From a virus, in IMG/VR virus record IMGVR_UViG_3300025536_000003, positions 1 through 59,270 of that record: 59,270 bases of DNA; one strand, 5' to 3'. The notes below the pieces were generated by a model. The model saw only the letters and a list, made by a program, of their open reading frames with translations, was not told where the DNA came from and ran no database searches. Within the stretch, counting starts at the first letter, position 1, and every line of letters starts with the position of its first letter. The position numbers and the translations under genes were made by a program. Positions 42,900 through 49,568 of this stretch are shown here, in pieces.

Positions 42900-43467
42900 G
42901 GGTGCCGTCCCCTCGCGCGTGTGCGTACGTGTGTGCGTGCGTGGGAGGATCTTCCCCTAGTCCTACTACCCTGTTCTCTCGACTGAGAAAGGGTTGGTTC
43001 CTCTCCTCTCCTTTCCTCTCCTGTTTGCTATACCGTTCCGCAAATCCTTTCAAAAGGGTTTTTGTATTCGTTTCGAAATGGTTGCCGTAACCCATCATGA
43101 CGGCGCATAAATGCGGGTGAATACTGGCTTTCTTCGGCACCAAATCGAACTCTTTCACGCGCGCTTTCGCGATGTTCGAGTTCGAGATCGGGTTCCATCG
43201 CAGGAAGTTGGGAAGCAGCACGAACCAGGTGCTTTCACACCGCTCAACAAACCCTATCTGAAACAGTTCCAGAAACACTTCAGCAATGGTTTCGGACGAC
43301 CAACCGAAATCCGCATTGATGTAGCCGTCGGGCAGCTTGTAGCAACCCAGTCCGTTCGAGTGCGGGCCGGTCAGGAGGTAGCATGCGAATAGCTTCGCGC
43401 GCTCACTCAGTGGCTGAGTGTCCTCGCTCGACCAGAAGCCGCACTGGATCTGGCCGTACTCTCTCAT
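42892..43467 (-). CDS. Hypothetical replication-module protein (191 aa)
   Basis: Start moved to ATG 43467 (ATGA-coupled). The 3' end carries low-complexity DNA tracts. Confidence 0.55.
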   Translation of the reverse strand: MREYGQIQCGFWSSEDTQPLSERAKLFACYLLTGPHSNGLGCYKLPDGYINADFGWSSETIAEVFLELFQIGFVERCESTWFVLLPNFLRWNPISNSNIAKARVKEFDLVPKKASIHPHLCAVMMGYGNHFETNTKTLLKGFAERYSKQERKGEERNQPFLSRENRVVGLGEDPPTHAHTYAHARGDGTHG

Positions 43468-44006
43468 TGGTCCCCCCTGATCTTGTTCCAGCACACCTTG
43501 CAGAAGTAGAGAAACAGACGACGATCTCCGCAGTCGGCTATCTTCGAGCGGGCGAGTTCTGCCGTATCGAGCACTTCGTGAACGCCGATTTTTTCGATGA
43601 ACATGCGGATCGAACGAAGCTGATCGGTGGGATAGCCCGCATCCGAGCATCCCGGCTTCATCTCTTCCGCGACTCGCCACGTTTCGTCTTCGAGACGGTT
43701 GCGCTTTGCTTCCAGAATTTCCTGGTAGCCACGTAACTGCTCTTCACGCTCCGCGATCTCGGAGGCTTTACTCGCCAACGACTGCGGCACGTTCGTGAGC
43801 GGTACCGCGCCTTTGCCGAGATTGCAGGCATCACAGGCAGCGACGAGGTTGTCGATCTCGTTCTCGCCGCCCAGCGCAACGGGATTGATGTGATCGACGT
43901 GCAAGATCACAGCAGGCGGGTGCGCGCCGCAGTATTGGCAGGTGAACTGGTCGCGCTTGAATACCTCGAAGCGCAGACCTTTTGGTATGGCTTTGCGGGC
44001 TGCCAT
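43464..44006 (-). CDS. HNH endonuclease with a C-terminal extension (180 aa)
   Basis: FTCQYCGAHPPAVILHVDHINPVALGGENEIDNLVAACDACNLGK. Confidence 0.8.
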   Translation of the reverse strand: MAARKAIPKGLRFEVFKRDQFTCQYCGAHPPAVILHVDHINPVALGGENEIDNLVAACDACNLGKGAVPLTNVPQSLASKASEIAEREEQLRGYQEILEAKRNRLEDETWRVAEEMKPGCSDAGYPTDQLRSIRMFIEKIGVHEVLDTAELARSKIADCGDRRLFLYFCKVCWNKIRGDQ

Positions 44007-44185
44007 CAGAACCGCTCACTTCTCCGCCCGTAGCAGGAGCGCTCGACGAGCAGCGCGTAGTTCACGCCGGTGCTCTTGCGGTAGGCGTCGACCCGTCTCA
44101 GCAGCTTGGTGCCGGGCGGATTCTTCTTGCCGCCCGGGCCACGGTGGAAGGCGCGCGTATTGCGCTGGCTTCGCTTGCTGCTCAT
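44006..44185 (-). CDS. Small basic protein (59 aa)
   Basis: ATG 44185 is ATGA-coupled to the upstream stop. It corresponds to the C-terminal part of track ORF 44006..44359. Confidence 0.45.
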   Translation of the reverse strand: MSSKRSQRNTRAFHRGPGGKKNPPGTKLLRRVDAYRKSTGVNYALLVERSCYGRRSERF

Positions 44186-44529
44186 TCGGGATCCTCGAAA
44201 AGGTCTTCTGCTGAACGCAGTGAATTCATCCCGATCCGCGCCCAGTGCAGCAGCGAGTCCAGCGTCTGCTGATCCTTCACGCACTTGGCGTGGATCGGCA
44301 CGAGCTTGTAGCCCATGGCCGCGATGGCCTTGCCCAGGGCATCGACGTTCTCCGCACACCAGCGGGACGCCATCGACTCGGTCACACCGGCGTATTCGGC
44401 GATGTTCATCTGGCCGACTGAACGGGCCGCTTTCAGGATGGCTGTCGTGTTCTTGCGCGCGGTCTCATCGCGTTGCATGCCCTTGCACGGGGCGGGCGTG
44501 ATGACGTGATCGCTGGCGTGCGCTTGCAT
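44182..44529 (-). CDS. CII-type (CP76-like) regulatory protein candidate (115 aa)
   Basis: QMNIAEYAGVTESMASRWCAEN HTH-like segment. Second gene of the leftward early operon. Confidence 0.4.
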   Translation of the reverse strand: MQAHASDHVITPAPCKGMQRDETARKNTTAILKAARSVGQMNIAEYAGVTESMASRWCAENVDALGKAIAAMGYKLVPIHAKCVKDQQTLDSLLHWARIGMNSLRSAEDLFEDPE

Positions 44530-44737
44530 ATCGGTTACCCGACGATGGCGTTATGAACAGCGAACGAGAGGCGCCCCGCCGACACCCTCAGCGCCGAGGG
44601 GAGGTCGGTCTCTGCCTGTTGGGGATGGGTGCGGCGGGGCATGGACCGCAGGCATGACGCAAAAATTGACAAGTAAGTCAGTAGCGTTACAGGCCGGTGG
44701 CCGCTACGCTGAATGTCCGTACTACATGAAGGGGAGA

Positions 44738-44980
44738 TCATGCAGCGCGTCCATTCTTTCGGCGGGGTGCCGCCTTAGCCGGGTATCGCTCGGGATAGAG
44801 GATCTCCAACTCGGTCACGTTGCCGAGGATGGAGGAGAGCTTTTCAGCGAGCTTCGTCGACGCCGTGTAGCCGCCGGTTTCTATGCGGGAAAGCGTGCCT
44901 TTCGCGATCCCCGCCGCATGGGCGACATCGGTCAGCGTCCGGTTTGCGTTCAATCGCGCTCTGCGCAAAGGAGTGTCCAT
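44738..44980 (-). CDS. XRE-family HTH regulator (Cro/CI-type), first gene of the leftward operon, probably leaderless (80 aa)
   Basis: LTDVAHAAGIAKGTLSRIETG. The ATG lies 7-8 nt downstream of the -10 of the promoter at 44988-45016. Confidence 0.75.
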   Translation of the reverse strand: MDTPLRRARLNANRTLTDVAHAAGIAKGTLSRIETGGYTASTKLAEKLSSILGNVTELEILYPERYPAKAAPRRKNGRAA

Positions 44981-44987
44981 GGACCAC

Positions 44988-45016
44988 AATATAGTTTCCT
45001 TTTTGGAAACTGCCAA
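44988..45016 (-). promoter_or_regulatory. Leftward early promoter with its operator as the spacer
   Basis: Minus strand TTGGCA (45016-45011), the 17-nt palindrome GTTTCC-N5-GGAAAC (44994-45010), then TATATT (44993-44988). Confidence 0.6.
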
Positions 45017-45077
45017 GCCCCTCAGTGTTTCGATCTTGGATTTGCCCTCTGAGACGGGCTGCCAGATCCTGAGATTC

Positions 45078-45398
45078 ATGAAATACGACCGGCAGATGGG
45101 TGAGCTGATCCGCGAAATGCGGAAGCAGCGGGGCATGACCGTGGCGGCATTGGCCGACGTCCTGGTGATGGAGAAAGGCACGCTCAGCAAGAAAGAGCGC
45201 GGTCAGTCCTCGTTCGATGAAGCGGACCTGGAGCGGGCGGCAGCCTACTTCCACATAGAGAAATGGAAGCTGGTCGCGCTCGCGTCGGGTGTGCCGCGCG
45301 AGAAGCTCGAATTCGCCGATGTGTATGACGTGGTGACCCCGGGGTTCCGGGCAGATCTCCTGAGCCTGGTCCGGGCCAAACGGAATCACACCGCCTGA
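45078..45398 (+). CDS. XRE-family HTH regulator, stand-alone gene with its own terminator; repressor candidate (106 aa; alternative start 44979)
   Basis: LIREMRKQRGMTVAALADVLVMEKGTLSKKERG. Followed by a strong terminator. Confidence 0.6.
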   Translation: MKYDRQMGELIREMRKQRGMTVAALADVLVMEKGTLSKKERGQSSFDEADLERAAAYFHIEKWKLVALASGVPREKLEFADVYDVVTPGFRADLLSLVRAKRNHTA

Positions 45399-45423
45399 CC
45401 TTCCGTCCCATGGTTTAAGATTG

Positions 45424-45447
45424 CCCCGTTCTTCGGGGCTTTTTTTT
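45424..45447 (+). terminator. Intrinsic terminator
   Basis: GCCCCG-TTCTT-CGGGGC followed by T8. Confidence 0.8.
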
Positions 45448-45449
45448 GC

Positions 45450-45478
45450 TTGACGGTTTCCATTTTGGAAACTAGGAT
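45450..45478 (+). promoter_or_regulatory. Rightward early promoter with its operator as the spacer
   Basis: TTGACG (45450-45455), the 17-nt palindrome GTTTCC-ATTTT-GGAAAC (45456-45472), then TAGGAT (45473-45478). Confidence 0.65.
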
Positions 45479-45519
45479 GTTTCCTAATCTGCAACTCGAT
45501 GCTCGTTCCAGGAGGGATG

Positions 45520-45708
45520 ATGGATTACGCAATCAACGATCAGGTGGCTCTCCGGAGAGATTGGTACGACCTGAAGGAAGGCGCGCGGGCTGTCGTGAAA
45601 CGCGTTGGCGAGGATTACATCGACGTGGTCTGGATCGGTATGGACGCGTACGGCATCGACTCACTGTCCGTGAGCGAAGCGCGGGATGTGCTGGAGGTGG
45701 TGCAATGA
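45520..45708 (+). CDS. Hypothetical small protein (62 aa)
   Basis: AGGAGG at 45510-45515, then ATG 45520. Confidence 0.55.
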   Translation: MDYAINDQVALRRDWYDLKEGARAVVKRVGEDYIDVVWIGMDAYGIDSLSVSEARDVLEVVQ

Positions 45709-45869
45709 TCTCGGTCGACTACGCCTACCGCGCCAACCTCCGCCCCGCCTCCTGGCGCCGCGCCTCGCTGACGTTCGCGGGCTGGTTCTGGTCGTTGTAT
45801 TCGCTGGCCTGTGTGCTCGTCTTGCTGACTGCGTACTCGTGGTGCGCCGTGGCCGAGTTCTACAAGTGA
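45705..45869 (+). CDS. Small membrane protein (54 aa)
   Basis: ATGA-coupled. Contains FAGWFWSLYSLACVLVLLTAYSW. Confidence 0.45.
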   Translation: MISVDYAYRANLRPASWRRASLTFAGWFWSLYSLACVLVLLTAYSWCAVAEFYK

Positions 45870-46123
45870 CCGCCCTCGGCATCGGTGTTCGCGTGTGGGT
45901 CGGCTGGTGTCCCGATCATTGTCTTGCAGCCGACATCCTTGTAGATGGTCGGCTGCAAAGCGGAACGATCACCGACGGTCCATTTCATTTTTCCGGGTGG
46001 ACCGGCTGGAACGTCGCGCTCGATAGCGGCGGTGCGATCGGCGCCAACGAGATCGTGCTCAGTCCGATTAACGACGGCGACGCGGGCGTCGAGGTGAGTG
46101 ATGCGCGTGAGGTGACGGCGTGA
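45866..46123 (+). CDS. Hypothetical protein (85 aa)
   Basis: GTG 45866 is GTGA-coupled to the upstream stop. Confidence 0.45.
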   Translation: MTALGIGVRVWVGWCPDHCLAADILVDGRLQSGTITDGPFHFSGWTGWNVALDSGGAIGANEIVLSPINDGDAGVEVSDAREVTA

Positions 46124-46446
46124 GCGTGCCCTGCAACGGCTGCCGTCGCTGCTGCATCAATGATGCGGTACGCATTCTCGACCACGAGGACGCCAGCCAG
46201 TGGCAGACCGAACCACACCCGAACGATCCGCGTCGTCGAATGCTCGCGCACAAACCGAATCGGGAGTGCGTCTATCTCGGCCCTGACGGTTGCGAGATAC
46301 ACGATCAGCCACGTCCACAGCAGTGCGTGACGATGGACTGTCGCAACGTGGCCAATGGGATCTCGCTCAAGCAGGCGCGTCGTGGCGGCCCTGAGTCGGT
46401 TGAGGTCTGGCGCATGGGACGCAAGTTGCTGAGGGCCACCGCATGA
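46120..46446 (+). CDS. YkgJ-family CxxCxxCC zinc/iron-chelating protein (108 aa)
   Basis: CNGCRRCC motif plus downstream Cys residues. Confidence 0.6.
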   Translation: MSVPCNGCRRCCINDAVRILDHEDASQWQTEPHPNDPRRRMLAHKPNRECVYLGPDGCEIHDQPRPQQCVTMDCRNVANGISLKQARRGGPESVEVWRMGRKLLRATA

Positions 46447-46523
46447 CCCACACCCTTTACTTCATCGCCGGCTCGGTCTCGACCAGCGTGGCGATCTACA
46501 TCATCGCGAGGATCGTTTCATGA
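46443..46523 (+). CDS. 26-aa hydrophobic micropeptide candidate
   Basis: MTHTLYFIAGSVSTSVAIYIIARIVS, ATGA-coupled on both sides. Confidence 0.3.
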   Translation: MTHTLYFIAGSVSTSVAIYIIARIVS

Positions 46524-47758
46524 CCGAAGCTGCTACCAATCTACCCACCGTCCGCACGACGGGCCTGCAGTTGCACGAAGGCCAGACCGTGCTCGGCGAG
46601 CGCCAGGTGCACATCCAGACCAGCGGCAAAATCCGACCCGGGATCATGCGGCTGACGCGTGCCGGCGCCGAGGATCCGAGAGCCGTCGCGGCCTACGAGG
46701 CCGGTGTTGCGGCTGGCAAGTCGTTCGAGGAAGTCGCACGTGACGTCAAGGCCGCGCTGGGTCTCGGCGATGGGCAACGCGCGCCGATGACGCCACAGAA
46801 CACGCCCTATTTCACGTGCCGTCGAGGTGACTTCACATCACCCGAGATCGCAGATCGCATCATGGAACAGTATGCGGAAGACCGCGGCGACGGACCGCAC
46901 CTGTATCGGTTTCCGGTGGTGTTCCCGGTCGACTCCTGGCAAGCGGTGCTGCCGCATGAGCTGGCCGCCTACACCCAGCGCGAGCGCCGCTACTGGTCGG
47001 AATATCACGACGGCGTGCGCTACTGCATGCAGAAGGCACCCTTGCAGAAGGACGAGCACGCGAAGCGCTACAAGCGCACCTTCGGCGGTCGACCGTCGGT
47101 GCTACGTGACTGGAACGGCGGTCGCTGCGATCCCGATCAGTGTCCTGAATATCAGGCCCACCCGCAGCAGTGCCGGCTCACGGGTCGGATCCTGTTCAAC
47201 ATTCACGGGATCCCGGGCAACCCGCTCGAGATGCGTACGAACTCGTTCTACGCGATGCAGGGCATTCGCCAGCAGCTCGAACTCATGATGTACATGCGCG
47301 GGCGCATTGCGGGGCTCTTCAACGGTAAGCCGGGCTTCTATCTGACCAAGCGGCAGGAAGAAGTCAGCATGCTCGACCTCGAGAAGGGCGTGCCGACCAA
47401 GGTCAAGCAGTGGATCACGGTGCTGGAGACGACCGCCGACTTGACGCTGCTGCTGACGGCGCCGGAGGACGAGCACGACGAAGTGCCGAACGCCATCGCG
47501 GTGCTTCAAGGGCCGGATGACGACATCGCAGAGGGCGAGTTCGACGAGCCGGTGCCGACTGTCGAAGACCTGCAGAAGGTCATCGCCGCGCGCGTCGCCG
47601 AACTGGCTTTCCCATGGCGCGAGCTCGCGCCCTATCTCGACAAGACGTACGGCGAGTGGAAGACCGACGTCCAGAAACTCGGGCAGATCCGCGAGGTACT
47701 GAAGAACGTCGCGGACGCGGCTGCCTTGGCGAAACTGACAGAAGGAGCACCGTTCTGA
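46520..47758 (+). CDS. Conserved hypothetical protein of the recombination module (412 aa)
   Basis: Long ORF upstream of the SbcCD-like genes. Contains the cluster CDPDQCPEYQAHPQQC. No family recognised. Confidence 0.65.
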   Translation: MTEAATNLPTVRTTGLQLHEGQTVLGERQVHIQTSGKIRPGIMRLTRAGAEDPRAVAAYEAGVAAGKSFEEVARDVKAALGLGDGQRAPMTPQNTPYFTCRRGDFTSPEIADRIMEQYAEDRGDGPHLYRFPVVFPVDSWQAVLPHELAAYTQRERRYWSEYHDGVRYCMQKAPLQKDEHAKRYKRTFGGRPSVLRDWNGGRCDPDQCPEYQAHPQQCRLTGRILFNIHGIPGNPLEMRTNSFYAMQGIRQQLELMMYMRGRIAGLFNGKPGFYLTKRQEEVSMLDLEKGVPTKVKQWITVLETTADLTLLLTAPEDEHDEVPNAIAVLQGPDDDIAEGEFDEPVPTVEDLQKVIAARVAELAFPWRELAPYLDKTYGEWKTDVQKLGQIREVLKNVADAAALAKLTEGAPF

Positions 47759-48375
47759 TGGGTGCTCCAGCGAAAGACCTGACGGGCATGTTGTTCGGCG
47801 ACCTGATCGTTTTGATCCGCGATGGGTCGCGCGGCAAGAGCGTGCTCTGGCGCTGCGCTTGCTCGTGCGGCGGCGAAAAGGTCGTGCTGGGGCAGAATCT
47901 GAAGAACGGATCAGTGCGCTCTTGCGGTTGCAAATCACATCCCAAAACGCACGGCATGACCGACACGCGCCTGTATCAAACGTGGGCTTCTATGCACGCT
48001 CGGTGTCGTTCGAAAAGCTATCACGCTCGCCAGCACTACACCGATCGTGGGATCGCTGTGTGCGACGAGTGGAAGGCGTTCGAACCATTCCGCGACTGGG
48101 CATTGGCGAAAGGATACAGCGACGACTTGACGCTCGATCGCCTCGACAACGATCGCGGCTATGCACCAGACAACTGCCGCTTCATCACGCTCGCTGAGCA
48201 GCAACGCAATAAGCGCAACCACAGAATGCTCACCGCCCACGGCAACACCCGCATGCTTGTCGACTGGGCGGCTCTGCTGGGCGTCAAACCTTCCACCATT
48301 CTCGGGCGCTTAAAGAATGGCTGGTCCGTTGAAGACGCTGTCACCAAACCATCACAAGGGAGAGTATCCGCATGA
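47758..48375 (+). CDS. Zn-finger + His-Me (HNH-like) + HTH homing-endonuclease-like protein, paralog 3 (205 aa)
   Basis: CACSCGGEK...SCGC, HGMTDTRLYQTWASMHARC, TDRGIAVCDEW, TLDRLDNDRGYAPDNCRF, MLVDWAALLGVKPSTILGRLKNGWS. Start is a TGATG junction at 47758. Confidence 0.6.
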   Translation: MGAPAKDLTGMLFGDLIVLIRDGSRGKSVLWRCACSCGGEKVVLGQNLKNGSVRSCGCKSHPKTHGMTDTRLYQTWASMHARCRSKSYHARQHYTDRGIAVCDEWKAFEPFRDWALAKGYSDDLTLDRLDNDRGYAPDNCRFITLAEQQRNKRNHRMLTAHGNTRMLVDWAALLGVKPSTILGRLKNGWSVEDAVTKPSQGRVSA

Positions 48376-49568
48376 ACCTCAACCTATTCCACGCCTCAGA
48401 CTTACATTTCTGCGAGAAGCACCTGAAGCACGTCGATCGCGCCTTTGCGTTCGCCGTCGACGAAGCCATCGCACGCAAGTGCGACATGGCCGTGCTCTCC
48501 GGCGACAGCTTCGACGCGAGCGTCAGCCTGCACGAACCGGCCGTGAATGCGTTCTTCTCTCAGGTCCGCCGGCTGGCCGATCACATGCCGATATGCGTCC
48601 TCCAAGGAACGTACAGCCATGACAGGCCCGGCTCGCTTTCTCCGCTGCGCCACATCGGTGGGCACTACCCGGTGCTGGTCGCCGATCGCATCGGCCAGGC
48701 CGCGTGGGATGGTCAGCACTGGATCCAGTCGAAGGGCGCGAAGTTCGATCAGATCCCGGACGGCCCTCTGGCGCTGTTGAATCTCCTGCCGTCCATCAAT
48801 AAGGGCGCGGTCGCCGCGGCGGTTGGTGCTGAGGCAGCGGCGGAAGCCGCGGGCGAAGCAGTATTCCAACTCTGTCGCGGATGGGCGTCGACGAACGAAG
48901 CCGCTCGCCAAGCGGGAATTCCGACCATCATGGTCACGCACGGGACCGTCAACGGCAGTGTGACGGAATGCGCCACGGCTTTGATTTCTCAAGACCATGA
49001 ATTTACCGCAGGCGCCTTGTTTGCTGCGCAGACCAGCGTGGTGCTCATCGGGCATATCCATGCCGCTCAGGAATTCCGTGACGGACGGCGGGTAATCGCC
49101 TATCCCGGTTCCATCACGAAGCTGATCTACGGTCACAAGGGCCAGGTCGGCTGTCTGTTCTGGAATATCAATGCGCACGGTGCCGACTACGAACACGTCG
49201 CGACTCCGAGTCGCGAGATGATCGAGATCGACTTCGAAGGCTCGCCCGACATGGAGCGCCTTGCCGCGCTTGCTGCCGATGCACCGGATGGTGCGTACGT
49301 GCGCATTCGATGGGCGATCGACGAGGAATTCCGAGCGTCAGTCGACAAGGCCGCGATGCTCGCGCTGTTCCCGACGGCCGAGGACGTGAAGCTCGAAGGC
49401 CGAGTGCTCCCGGTTTCCAGACAACGATGTGCAGGTATTGGTCAGGCCGTCAGCACTGCCGACAAACTCAGGCGCTGGGGCGAACTCACCGACACCGACA
49501 CCGGCCCGCTGCTCGAGCGCTTGGCGCTGCTCGAGGCCGGGCAACCTGCGCAGGAGGAAGCTGCATGA
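48372..49568 (+). CDS. sbcD: SbcD/Mre11-like metallophosphoesterase nuclease (398 aa)
   Basis: HASDLHF, LSGDSFD, GTYSHD, GHIH motifs. Confidence 0.7.
   Translation: MNLNLFHASDLHFCEKHLKHVDRAFAFAVDEAIARKCDMAVLSGDSFDASVSLHEPAVNAFFSQVRRLADHMPICVLQGTYSHDRPGSLSPLRHIGGHYPVLVADRIGQAAWDGQHWIQSKGAKFDQIPDGPLALLNLLPSINKGAVAAAVGAEAAAEAAGEAVFQLCRGWASTNEAARQAGIPTIMVTHGTVNGSVTECATALISQDHEFTAGALFAAQTSVVLIGHIHAAQEFRDGRRVIAYPGSITKLIYGHKGQVGCLFWNINAHGADYEHVATPSREMIEIDFEGSPDMERLAALAADAPDGAYVRIRWAIDEEFRASVDKAAMLALFPTAEDVKLEGRVLPVSRQRCAGIGQAVSTADKLRRWGELTDTDTGPLLERLALLEAGQPAQEEAA

Noticed and set aside
44535-44741. 68-aa ORF ATGA-coupled to the HTH gene
   Set aside because: Third-position GC is clearly lower than in neighbouring genes, the SD is poor and no motif was found. 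It is left as non-coding pending comparative data.
44654-45052. 132-aa plus-strand ORF across the immunity region
   Set aside because: It overlaps the well-supported 80-aa HTH gene in antisense and runs through the operator/promoter. No motif was found.
44979-45077. Divergent HTH genes sharing their start codons in a CCATGG palindrome (plus-strand start at 44979)
   Set aside because: This is possible, since the frame is open. However, it would leave no intergenic control region and would bury the leftward promoter/operator in coding sequence. The HTH alignment fits a start at 45078. It is kept only as an alternative start.
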